A stretch of DNA of 64,000 bases from Amoebidium appalachense. Lineage: Eukaryota > Protista > Ichthyosporea. Where the stretch lies: NCBI GenBank assembly GCA_963693365.1, contig CAVNZM010000009.1, forward strand, positions 1,614,231-1,678,230. The letters are read 5' to 3'. The notes below the pieces were generated by a model that was not told where the DNA came from, ran no database searches, and was given only the letters and a program-made list of their open reading frames with translations. Positions 1-64,000 of this stretch are shown one piece after another (positions within the stretch are counted from its first letter, which is position 1; every line of letters begins with the position of its first letter). Made by a program: the position numbers and the translations under genes.

Positions 1-416
1 CGTTTAACATGTTTTTTTGTTTTTTTTTTGTTTTTTTTTTGGGTGACGCCTGCATACAGTGGTGCCTCCTTGAAATACCTTGCTCTGTGACCTGGTTTCA
101 ACTATCGTTTATCATGTTTGTTGGTTCCAAGGACGAATAGGTAGTGGACTTGTTTTCTAAAGGTGCTACTTAAATTGGTACTTAAATTGGCTGTGTGCAT
201 GTTATTGGGTTTCATTTGCAACGTGCTTGATGGTACCTGATTTGGGCCATTAACAACCGTTGCTTAAGAATAGTGTGTGGCTGTGCTTATATTCTTTGTA
301 TGGTCGGTTTTGAATGTTATGAGGTGTTCTGTGCCGTTTTTAAGTCGGGTATATTGTACTTTATACTGCATGCCACATGCTGATACCCCCTCAATATTAC
401 CAGAGAGCCCCAATTC

Positions 417-16458
<16,042 letters not shown>

Positions 16459-17062
16459 TATGGCAAATGTTCGTTGGTGATGCGTGGCAGTGTGAAGGTG
16501 ATAAGTGAGGTAGGCTATTTGCTTGGGGTGTATGTGTGTTTGTGTAAGTATATGGACGTGAATATAGTTTAGTCGAAAGCCTTTCATGAAGGTTTGGTTA
16601 AATCATTGTACATAATGAATGAATGAATATTTGAGTTTCCATTTGTACAACACTCTTAAACAAAACTGTGAAGTTCCTTCTTATGGAGGTTGAGGGACTT
16701 TTCTGAAGGGGATGTGGCAGTTTGTAGCTTACGTCATGACAAATAGCAACCCCCGAAGTATGCCGCAAGTTATTGGGATAGAAAATCAAAACAGGCAACC
16801 CTTTTGATGAGCATATGTATGTGTTGCTTGACTGTAGATAGGGCAGGTGTTTGTTAGCATGTGTGTTTGTGTGCTGCCACGTGCGACTGTGGCCTCGGCC
16901 GCCGTATGATCAACTATACTCTGGCGATTTTTCAAGGGTATATACGTATGAGTTGGCGCGTGAGCAGTCGCTTCACAGAAGGAAAGTTTTGTCGGTTTTG
17001 AAAAATAAGAGCTACCTCCAAAGGTAGCAGGTTTGTGTCTGTGTGTGTGTGCGTGTGTGTTT

Positions 17063-17137
<75 letters not shown>

Positions 17138-18499
17138 CTTCTTTGCAGAATGAATGGCGGGTGCCGGTCACCTGTCGTAAAAAGCAACGGACACGTGTAC
17201 ACGTCTACATAAAGTACCAGTCACTGACATAGGTCCTGCGGTGCAGTATCCACACGTAGCATATATTATCAGTGCTTCAGGGTCTCCTATTGCATATGGA
17301 TAGTACTCTGCAAATAGCATGCTTATACCTGTTCCAGTGCTGTAGTTTTGGTTGTATGGTATGTGTCACAGTATGAACTGGGTCAAATATTCTCTTCGTA
17401 TTCCAGGTCACTGAAGAGACTCGGGAACTGCAGAATCTTGCATATGTGACGCATATGGAAGGTTGGGATCCTGTTTGCTTTTGCTGGATCAAACAGTTAC
17501 GTAATGGACAGGGAAAGACGTGGTCTGTGACAACCAACGCCTACGTAGGTGAACGGCACTGCAAATATAGTCTAGAATTGTGGGCATTAGTGTAAGCGGG
17601 CACAGCCTGGTTTGGCTGTCTTCTCTTTGTAACGATGTAGAAAGCTACAGTGCTCGGGCAGAGCCTGAGGTCTAATTAGAAGGCAACCGTAAAAAGTCCG
17701 AAAAAGCAGGATCGAGACGAGGGAGAGACGGGCATGCTCACTAACCGGTGAGCACGGAAGACAACGTTCGCCTTACAGGTACATCCACCTACCGCGTATA
17801 AGGCTGTATTTCCCATCACGTTGTTTACAAAGGCACGGCAGGTAGGTACAAAGCGTACGTACACAGGGCTGGAAGAAGAGACTGGCCATAGATCTCCCTG
17901 GGTGTGAGATCTTAGACTAGCAAGTACCTCAAGAAAAGCACTTATGAACTTCACCGAGTTTCTTTCAGGGTCTCTGCCGTTTCTTACAACCAGGATAAGC
18001 TCAGAGATTGTCCCGCGCCAGCGTTATCTTCCGCTGGCTAGGTCCCACCTGGTTTTCAGGTCCCCTGGATCTCAACAGAACGAACATGGATTTGATTTGC
18101 TCAAGCCTCTAGGTCTGTGTACTTGGCATCCTAAAGCATGCAAGCAGCATCATACTGTTAACTGATGCAGCTAAACCTTGTGCACTTCAGCCACCGTGAA
18201 AAAAATATCCTAGTGGAAGAGATAGAGTAAGCAAGAGGCTTTCTTCCACGGCGATACGTGTTTATCACCACACAGAGCCCCCAATCAAACCGCTGTGTGC
18301 AACGGCAACACGAGACCAGCTTCACCCCCCAGATCCTTCCGGTACTATTAAATTTCATCAATCTGAAAAATGATGTCATTGGGGTTCTTAAGTAGGCTTT
18401 GCGAAGATGAAGGGGGGCCTGAGTAAAATTAGTAAAATTGTAATTCGCGCATAAAAAATTATGGTTTTAGAACATTAGCATGGAAGGGTTTGGATGCCC

Positions 18500-18596
18500 A
18501 ACCAATCACAGGCTGCTTTCGGAGAACACTCCCTAATCAGGAAGTACTTTGATTATCCAAGATACCAAATTGGGTATTCGCTTCCTGATTGGCTGA
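18500..18596. promoter_or_regulatory. Putative UGP2 proximal promoter with two oppositely oriented CCAAT boxes
   Basis: ACCAATCA at ~18501 and CTGATTGG at ~18585, 180-270 bp upstream of the ATG at 18770, in repeat-free DNA. Confidence 0.35.
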
Positions 18597-18769
18597 TTTA
18601 GGTGCTTTTGCCCACATAAATTTGTTTGTGGTTGCGATTTCTTCTCAGTCAAAACGTTTCCAACCTAAGCGTGCTAGCGACTGCCTTTTAGCTCTGCACC
18701 TTTTCTCTACATTTTGTCTATTTTAGCCATAACAACTTTTTAGTTGTAACTTGTTAGTACTGCTTTAAA

Positions 18770-25340
<6,571 letters not shown>

Positions 25341-26698
25341 CACGCTAGGCCTGGCGCCAGCGGCATACCTTCACTGTCATTAACGTCTTTAATCGGCCGG
25401 TGACAACATAACAAACATGTTTGGTGAATTAACTAATCAATTTTAACATGTATGACGCACACTTAAATAGGACTAGCTAATTTGGTTTGGTTCCAAAAAC
25501 TTGAAATCATGGCGCAGATTTGCACATTACCCAAATACATTGACCTTTTTGGCCTTTTTTGTTTTTTTTTGTAGTGTTAATAAGTTACTGTGGTCGAACG
25601 GCCACCTACGCAAAAGCCATGTGCCAGCCCATGTTGCGCACGGCTACAAATAAACGACTTGCTTCATGACATGATATGATACTCACTGTTACATTCGGCA
25701 TGGGTCCTCGTGTCATCATTTCTCGCGGCTCTGCACATGCCAGGGCTTTTTTTGATATTGAAACGGGGAGGGTGGTGGTAGCACAAAAGATTGGTGGGGC
25801 ACCCGGGGGGGGGGCTCACAAAATAATCATTGGTCAGGACGTGCGAGTCATTAGTCTGTGTTTTGAACATCAACTTGTAAACATAATGCTCACTGACTCG
25901 CTCGACTATACCGTAGTGTGCCCACTTCAGACTCCCCCCCCACCCCCCCGGGCGCCGCGGGATGGCGGGACGGCTTGTTATTCTCCACACGTCCTCCCTC
26001 AACAGTCCAACGTGCGAATGTGCAACTGTGCGCTTGTAAATTTATTTATTTTTTTTTAGAACAGGAAAAAAAAAAAAAAAAAAAAAAAAAAGGCAGGCAT
26101 CAAGGAGAAAATAATAGCATGTGAACCACCACTATGCCACGTTGGCAGAATCAGCAACCCGACAGCGCCGGCACTGGTCAAAAAGCACGCAGTGTCACAC
26201 ACACGGTGCGCGCACTGCAACCGCACACGCACGCACACAAACACACACGCGCCGCACGCACACATGCACACTACGTATAACGGCAAGACAAAAACACGGT
26301 ACCAGTCCCACATACATGTAGTCTAAGACATGCAAATACGCGCGCCCAGGCATTAATACACACGCACACACACACAAGGACCCGGTCATAAATAAACACA
26401 AGGTAAAATGCACACCACAATTGAGACGGCATGGTGACACATAATGAAATGAAATACGCATGCACACACGTGGCACACTTTCTCTCTTGTAGTTACTCTT
26501 CCTATCACACCCCCACCCCCACCCCCCTTAGGCCTGCGTCTGTCTCGCTGTCACTCCTCCCCCCCCCCCCCCCCCTGTTGCAGGAAAATCACGTGTCCAG
26601 GAAATTCGTACTCCCCCTAAACCCCCGTTCAGGAAAATATCGTAACCCGCCTATATGTTGGATACGTGATTTTCCTGGAACCCCCCCCCCCCGTCCTC

Positions 26699-26792
<94 letters not shown>

Positions 26793-26820
26793 CATGTGCA
26801 TTTGCCTGCACATAGAAGAA

Positions 26821-26853
<33 letters not shown>

Positions 26854-27054
26854 GAAAAGGACTGTGTGCTGAGGATTAATGTAGGGGTGAATGACTTCTA
26901 TAATCACGCTAGGGGTACCTCCGCGTTTACGTTCTGGCTGTGACATGGGGAAGGGATAAGGGAAGGGGGCAGGAGGGGGGGGGGGGGGATGGAACATGAT
27001 GAGATTACTAACATTAAGGGACCTCTTTGCGGGCTGTACACACACAGACACAGA

Positions 27055-27104
<50 letters not shown>

Positions 27105-27548
27105 ACACACACACACACAAAACAGCCGATATGTACAGCTTGTCAGTGCCGTTCGTGATGGGGAATATTGTCGTGAATTTGACACCTATGTCACTGGCGA
27201 TCACATCTACAGCGTCCAGTGGTTAAAAGAATACGTCTCACCCTCGCGCAAGGTGCGGAATGTGACTGTAACACCGGTCATCTATTGGAGAGGTGGGATT
27301 ACATTACAGTAATGCCTTATATTTAATTATCAGTGATGGCAAATAAGGAATGTATGTCTATTCGAATATTACATTATCGATTGGATCAAGTTTGACTGCA
27401 AGCATGCACAATTATTATTATTTTTCAATTTGAGAATGGATTAAATCGGTTATTTGGGGCAGTGTTGAATGGTTCGAATTTGATTTCAGAAAAAGAAAAA
27501 AAAAAATTTAACACTCAAAAGAAAAATTTAACACCACAAAGGGGTTTA

Positions 27549-27760
27549 CCACGGCCCTCTGAAGAGGGCCGTGGGTTTACACACCATAAAAAACGATGAC
27601 GTCACTGTTTCCGCGGAAACAGAGTAGATTGATGACGTCATAAATGCGTCACTGTTTCCGCGGAAACAGAGTAGATCGATGACGTCATAAATGCGTCACT
27701 GTTTCCGCGGAAACAGAGTAGATCGTTGACGTCATAATTGCGTCACTGTTTCCGCGGAAA

Positions 27761-27761
<1 letters not shown>
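27549..27761. repeat. GC-rich hairpin followed by a 47-bp palindrome-rich tandem array (3.4 copies)
   Basis: CCACGGCCCTCT-GA-AGAGGGCCGTGG at 27549-27574. Units start at 27601, 27648, 27695 and 27742 (partial). Full units contain the palindrome CTGTTTCCGCGGAAACAG and TGACGTCA. Confidence 0.9.
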
Positions 27762-27801
<40 letters not shown>

Positions 27802-27857
27802 GTTTGTTGTTGTTAAGTAGAATATCTTTTAACCAATTTATAATGTATGTTTTTCAG

Positions 27858-28190
27858 GGAGGGTACTGGCGAAACAGCGCTATCCACACGAGTTCTGAGG
27901 GCCAATGAGTCGCTTCAAAGCTCTTTGCCGCCCACACGTCTGACTCAGACGGCCTGGGGCACTTAGGCCGGGATTCTGCGATGGCTGCCTTCAATGCACC
28001 GTACTCACTTGTTATGGGGAATGTTCGTGCACTGATGGATAAAATAATCCGGAACTGTGCTGCATGCCTGATACGGAAAACCATCCCTGCGCAGCCCCAA
28101 CCACGGACGGTTGTTACTGCCGACAGGCCAGGACTAATCGTAAGTTGGACATGTGTGGGAAGGTGAAAGCTGGGGTGGGAGGGGAGGGAA

Positions 28191-28223
<33 letters not shown>

Positions 28224-28790
28224 GGGGGGGGGTAAAAAGGAAAGGTGGATGTTTGGAGACCGTTTGCCCATTACGATAGACCTTTCGCCTATAAAAGTTT
28301 GTTGGAAATGGCACGCTGACATTAAATTCGGACCCTGGCAGGTTCTCCTGGATTTCAGTGGGTGTCCAGAAGACCCTACAACGCGTATACGGCGCATGCT
28401 TTTGGGCATTGACCATCACAGCAAGTATGGGTGGGGGATACCGGTAGCGGAAACCACAGAGGAATTAGGTTATCCGATTACTGGAGCGCATTTTGATGGA
28501 CACCGATATCATTGAACTGTGGCTCGACAACGGCGGCAGCTTTGTATCGAACGAGTTCAGGGCATGGTGTACGCAGCGGTGCATCACTATCATGAATCTC
28601 AAAGCATTCAGTCCCCAGGGGCATGGTGAGATCGAGCGTCTGCACCGCACTATACGTGGGTTGCTGGAGACCGCGTTTGCTGCTGACCCGTCGCTCGATC
28701 GATCCTTTCCGGTTACACAGAACCTGGCAAGCTTTTTGACCAGGTCATCATCCAATACAATCGGCGGTATCACTCCACACTCCACCGTGT
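27858..28790 (+). pseudogene. Degenerate retroviral-type (rve) integrase/transposase of the Ginger-like element
   Basis: HHCC zinc finger AH..GHLGRD..IIRNCAAC (27930-28070). Catalytic core WHADIK..LLGIDHHSKYGWG / LDNGGSFVSNEF..SPQGHGEIERLHRTIR gives D, D, E. In-frame TGA at 27906, a frameshift near 28490, and a probable intron starting GTAAGT at 28140. Confidence 0.85.
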
Positions 28791-28814
28791 GTGAGTGTGA
28801 GTGTGTGTGTGAGT

Positions 28815-28845
<31 letters not shown>

Positions 28846-29571
28846 AATACATGCTTTATAAATGCTGACTTTTTGAAAACCGAAACGAGTCCAACGCATG
28901 CACTATATCTGTAATGGGAATGCTAATCTGGCCCACGTTCCTGGATGAACGTGTTTCAAATTGAAGACGGGCGACGTGGATCATAAAGTGGTTCCTTGCA
29001 CAATCATTATGTGTGTTCCGTAAGTCAGTGATGTTGAAAAGTCATAGAGCCTAAACAGTCCCAGTTATCCACGAACTGATTCGTGAACATTCACGATTGG
29101 CTCACTGCTCTCTTGAAATTGCTATATATATTAATCCATCTGGATATCTGCACTCTTAATGTATGAGTGATTACCGTGGTTTCTATTCAGCCCCCCCCCC
29201 CCCCCCCCCCCCCTCATACACACAGTTTTGTCACACATATAACAATCACATGATCCACCCCCCTCCCCCCCCCCCCCCCCCCCCCCCCCCCTCCAAACAC
29301 ACACAGACAAAAAACAGTGCAGACACAGTTGACGATTCATGAAACATGCTTTGGTGACGGGATGATCGATGGGATCATTGCACGTTTATTGGCCACTCCC
29401 TCAACCCAATAAGATTTCTTTCCTGGTGCCCAGCACCACATATGTATCGCATATGTTCACTCATACACACACCCGGGCCTTCGTGAATAGCTATGGCAAT
29501 GTGATCGAAAATTGATGAAAAAAAATTTAAGTAAGTGAACTCAAACTAATTAATCAACTATCAGCATATCC

Positions 29572-29655
<84 letters not shown>

Positions 29656-30481
29656 GGGGACGGGGGGCGGGGGGTCCAGGAAAATCACGTATCCAACATA
29701 TAGGCGGGTTACGTGATTTTCCTGAACGGGGGGTTTAGGGGGAGTACGAATTTCCTGGACACGTGATTTTCCTGCAACACCCCCCCCCCCCCCCCCCCCC
29801 CCCGCTCCCCCTCCCCCCTCCTTCGAAGCTCCCCCCTCCCCCCCGCGCCCCTCCTCCGCCCCCACCCTTAAATCACCATTGCCAATGCATGCATGCGTCA
29901 ATCATTCTAGCAGAAACACAGACACACATGAATAAACACGGAAGGCACATTGCACGTCTGTGCCTGCAGGGTATTTTAGGAAGACTTCTAACACAACACG
30001 TACACATGCAGTGGCTGTCACCCACCTACCCACCCACACACACCGTCACACACACATACACACACACACACAGTGACACACACACACACACACACATGCA
30101 CATATGCACATATGCATGCAGAGTGCTACACAAAAACAATTGCAGACACCCACACACACACACACACAGTCACACACACACGCACCGGCCTACACACCGC
30201 AACGTGCATATACACACGCACACGCGTGCTCGCGCGCACACACACAGTGTCACACACACACACACAGTGTCACACACACACACACAGTGTCACACACACA
30301 CACACACAGTGTCACACACACACACACACAGTGTCACACACACACACACGCAGTGTCACACACACACACACAGTGTCACACACACACACACACAGTGTCA
30401 CACACACACACACAGTGTCACACACATAGACGTGACACATGCACGTGCAGAGTGCGCCACACACACTATCGGCCAACCACC

Positions 30482-30512
<31 letters not shown>

Positions 30513-30739
30513 GCATCCACATGCACGTAGGCACACATGCACACGTATGTACACACACCGTTTATCCGGCACAAACGTGCAATGTAGTGGTCTACATTCT
30601 TGATTGTGTCCACGTAACTTGACACATACACGCCGTCCACTATATAAATAGACGGTGCAGAATGTACATTAATAATGCGCACACCGTGACCTGTACGTCC
30701 AGTCATGTGCATATAGCAATCCTACGGATCTAATAACAA

Positions 30740-31124
30740 GGGCCAAATCACTGTGACATCGGCAGAATCAACTTGCTCCGAGCAGATTATTCTATCTACA
30801 GAATTATTCTGAAGAGCAGAATTATTCTGCAAAAAGCAGACTTTCAGGCTAGCTGCCTTTTGTGGAAGTCCTGCTAGATTTTAAAACAGGATGATTCTGC
30901 TAAAATCAGAGTGATTCTGCTCATAAAGCAGAATAGTTCTGCTCAGAGCATATTTTTTTTTTTTGCAGAATTATTCTGCTTTCCTCCCTGCTTCTTGCAG
31001 ATTTTATAATTCTGCCCAGAGCAGATTTTTTTGCAGAGTTATATTCTGCCTTTCCCCCTTCATGCAGAATAATTCTGCTCAGAGTAGACCGGTCAATTGA
31101 GATTCTGCCGATGTGGCTGGGCCC
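30740..31124. mobile_element. MITE-like element filled with the palindromic motif GCAGAATWATTCTGC
   Basis: Inverted repeats ACATCGGCAGAATC (~30756) / GATTCTGCCGATGT (31101-31114), with outer GGGCC/GGCCC. About 10 internal copies or variants of GCAGAAT(T/A)ATTCTGC. Confidence 0.65.
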
Positions 31125-31521
31125 TCTGACACATACACACACCCACATATGTGTACATGCCACACAAGCCACAAGTGTACACACACGCACACACGTTATG
31201 CATACTCAATGCCATTGGATAGATCAGCCCCAATATCCGAATTGAGGCGTAGCGCTAGTCAAAAGGAAGGGAAGAAGTAACGGTTGGTGGTGGTGGTGGA
31301 ACCATAGGGAGGGGGGGGTTAGGTGGATGGGTGGGTTGGTGGGTGGTGTCACAGGTGGGCGGGTGGGTGGGGGGTGGGTGAGTGGGCGTGTGTGTGTGTG
31401 TGTGGGAGGGGGGGGGGGGGGGGGGGGGGGGAGGTGGGGAAGACGAGACTCCAAGGAAAAGGTCACCATGTGCAGCAGGGAGGGTGCCGTCGGACACCCG
31501 GCGGTGGCCCGGGGTGTGTGT

Positions 31522-31573
<52 letters not shown>

Positions 31574-31686
31574 GGCACTACCCTACCGAAGAGGTGTGTG
31601 TGTGTGTGTGTGTGTGTGTGGGGGGGGGGGGGAGGGAGGACCGGCGTCAGTTTGGGAAAAGCGGGGGGGGGGGGGGGGGGGGGGGG

Positions 31687-31718
<32 letters not shown>

Positions 31719-31759
31719 GCTCCCCCCCCCCTCCAACCAATACTCGCACACACCAAAGC

Positions 31760-31797
<38 letters not shown>

Positions 31798-32725
31798 CAG
31801 ACACACACACACACAACACACACACCAGCATGCACCTTCAGTACTGTACATACATATGCATACGTCATGCAGCAACACGCAACAGTAGAATTCACTCACG
31901 TTTGCACACCAAAGGCAGACTCAGGTACTCGCTGCACACACGTGTGTACCTTATCACCATCTCGGTACACGGTGTATGCTAGACACAGGTACGGGCATTC
32001 GCTTTCATTATTGAAGGTTGATGCTGACCCATGATGAATGACCATGGTGCTTGCATGGGTCGATCAAGGGCTGCATCTTTAAAGCCACATGCCCAGAACA
32101 GAACCTGCTCATGCGTAACATGCAACTTCAAGCAGGCGTTCTATTGCCAGCTCGCACAGTGGTTCGAATGAATGAAACTGAAACTTGTGGTAAAGCCATC
32201 TTTACCGTACCTCAACTTGAGATGGCAGTCGGATCGAGCCGCACTGACTGAGCCACACAGAAAGTGAAGAAAGTACGACATGACTTTTACTTTTAAAGTG
32301 CACGCGTAACTACAATTAACTAGATATTAATGCAAAGAATGGTTTATTTCTACTGTTGTAAAGATTTAACGCTGGCCTATATTGCCAGTCGATCACCGGT
32401 TTACTACACCTCAGTTGTGTTTTGGTTTTCTCGAGGCACTTTACCGCTCTTACCATCTCAGTTTACTGAGTTTACTGAAGGGTCTCGAACGTTAGTTTCT
32501 TAGCTATAGTGGCTTACTTGTGGCGATGCACACTCGTTTTGTTTCGTTATACTTCTTTCACCCTGTAAGACTGTCGTCTGTCGCACCCTGTAAGCCTACC
32601 ACAGCCTTTAACCGCCTCCCCCAACCATACCCGGGATCCCCACGTCAGTTTTCTTTTTGTTGCGAGCAGAGCTGCGTTCTGAAGGCACTGTTGGACAGAT
32701 CAAGCGAGATAATATACCAGGAAAG

Positions 32726-41152
<8,427 letters not shown>

Positions 41153-41527
41153 TAGAAGTGTGTGGTTGTGTGTGGTTTTGTTCCCACCTTTTTTTATGCC
41201 CCCCCTTTTCAGGGTCACCCATACGGAACGTTAATTAGTTTTAAGCTAACATTGTTCTCCCTCTATTTATGTGTTAATTTTTCTTTGGCGGGGGGGGAGG
41301 GGGGGGGAGGGGAGGAGGGGGGAAGGGGGGTCTGCATTAAGAGTATATGACGCGATTGGATGTGAAGAATACGAGCGAATGAGCTACTTGATTAATAGGA
41401 CATTAAATGTGAAGGAGGGAGGAAAGAAGGGGGAGAGGATGGAGGGGGAGGGGTGTGTGTGTGTGGAAGGCTGGGATGGTGGTGGTGGTGGTGGTGTGTG
41501 TGTGTGTGTGTGTGTGTGGGGGGGTGT

Positions 41528-41571
<44 letters not shown>

Positions 41572-43053
41572 TGGTTATTTTTTTCACCTTAACGAATATG
41601 TAACATGTAACATACAGATGCACGAATATATTGTATGCAGAACTCGATGTACCTCTTTTCAACTCGATCCAACTCAGAACTCAATTGGCTGTTTACATGT
41701 CTTTCTCCTCCCCCTTTGCCGTCGAAACTCATACTTGTACTGTGGATGACTTGGGCTTCAGGCCTGAGGGCTGGCTCAAGCGCGTATAATGCACAGCATT
41801 TCTACTTTGTGCTTTGCAAATTGAATCTGTTTTGTGTTTTCCATGGCCCTGCCTAATCCCCTCCCTTCCCCCGGCATGCCCGCCCGTCCGCCAGCCCGCC
41901 CGCTAGGGGTGCATGCATGCATCGAATCCTATTGCACAACATGATATCTCTGGACATCACGTGCATGACATCACATGCATACTTACCTTTAACCAACTTT
42001 CCGCAAGAGGAGAAAGAGGAAATGGGGGGGGGGGGGGGGAAAGGCTGAGATAGCAGGGAAGTTCCACATCGTACATGTATCGATATCCCCACGTGCACAC
42101 TGTGATAAATCATAAAGCGTGAACAAGGTCATGAAGGAAGCCGGCCAAAAACCCGCCACAGTGTTGCATCTATAGGAGCACCTAATTAATCAAACAGCAT
42201 CACGAAACAGATAGACCGTGACAATCATGGCCAGCACAATTGTAGGCACGCAGTTTATATTCCTACTTTTTTGGTGTTTAACAAGAAACTTCAAGTGATG
42301 GCTTAACCACAGGAATTAGTTTGTCGACGTCAAGGTAATACCAGCTACACCACAGATCTAACTACAACGAAAGGATAATCCTATTAATCATTATATTAGC
42401 ATGTATAATCATGATCATAACACTAACACTGCAGTTACGAATTTACCAGACTAACTAGGTGTTCCCAAACCAGGCCATTTTCAGCAAATTACACCCTCAC
42501 ATCAATTAGCATACCCCCACTGGGTGTACATGTGTCTGACCAGAACACATTCCGTCCATCTGAACCAAGCGTTTTTCATGCAACATTTGAATGATTGCAC
42601 CAGATTTAATCCGAGTTATATGTAATGCACCAGATTAACAAGTTATATGTATTATAATATGTATTATATTAATCAACTATCTTCACCATAAACAACTCCA
42701 AAACTTTCTAATTTGGGCTGTAGACATAATTAAAAAACCACCTCAACATTCGAGTTTACAGACATATAACTCTGAGTCAATGTAATGCTAATCAACCATC
42801 TATGAACATCCACTGAGCATCGGGTTGCCTATAAGCACAAGCCACATAGGCATGCTTCATCGGGTAAACTTATTGTATTTTTAAGGTGTGACTAGAAAAA
42901 GGAAAAAAAAAAGAGTTGTGTAGTCATCTGGCGATATTCATACTAATTACTACTGTATGTGTGATCTGCATAAATTGTGTACATTCAGGCACAAGACTCC
43001 AGGCAGCCCCAACTACATGATCATTCGCAAATGTCGACTCGCAGGGTTTGAAA

Positions 43054-64000
<20,947 letters not shown>

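Larger units (their letters stand above)
26576..29779 (+). mobile_element. Ginger-like (Gypsy-integrase-related) DNA transposon, decayed, 3.2 kb
   Basis: Inverted repeats of ~125 bp: TGTTGCAGGAAAATCACGTGTCCAGGAAATTCGTACTCCCCCTAAACCCCC.. from 26576, with its reverse complement ending ..TTTCCTGCAACA at 29779. They are extended inward by (GT)n and (AC)n. Internal HHCC and DDE integrase remnants. No RT or gag seen. C-runs on both flanks. Confidence 0.88.

Noticed and set aside
27601-27761. Palindromic repeat array as a CRISPR array
   Set aside because: The intervening sequences are near-identical rather than unique spacers, there are no cas genes, and the context is eukaryotic.

Overview
Intron-dense eukaryotic genomic DNA (most introns about 0.3-1.7 kb) packed with poly-C/poly-G runs and (CA)/(GT) microsatellites. 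Almost all entries in the supplied ORF track are microsatellite artefacts; the real genes emerge only after manual splicing. Four conserved genes were reconstructed exon by exon: WDR24 (+, 5'-partial), UGP2 (+, complete), MAEA (+, complete) and RNF123/KPC1 (-, 5'-partial). RNF123 contains two AT-AC minor-spliceosome (U12-type) introns. Mobile DNA includes a 3.2 kb decayed Ginger-like DDE-integrase DNA transposon (TGTTG...CAACA inverted repeats) inserted in a poly-C tract, and two MITE-like elements. There is also a non-coding repeat family of ~453 nt with at least 10 copies or remnants. Its copies have a fixed 3' end (..CATTCAAA) running into poly-C, variable 5' truncation, a partial head-to-tail tandem structure, a covarying RNA helix and hammerhead-like core words, and they are nearly always sense to the host gene. 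It is a candidate poly(C)-targeting Penelope/retrozyme-like retroelement. Many introns carry complementary simple repeats at opposite ends, suggesting structure-assisted splicing. The gene content suggests an opisthokont, possibly a unicellular holozoan (inference only). All homology calls come from recognition of motifs, not from database searches.
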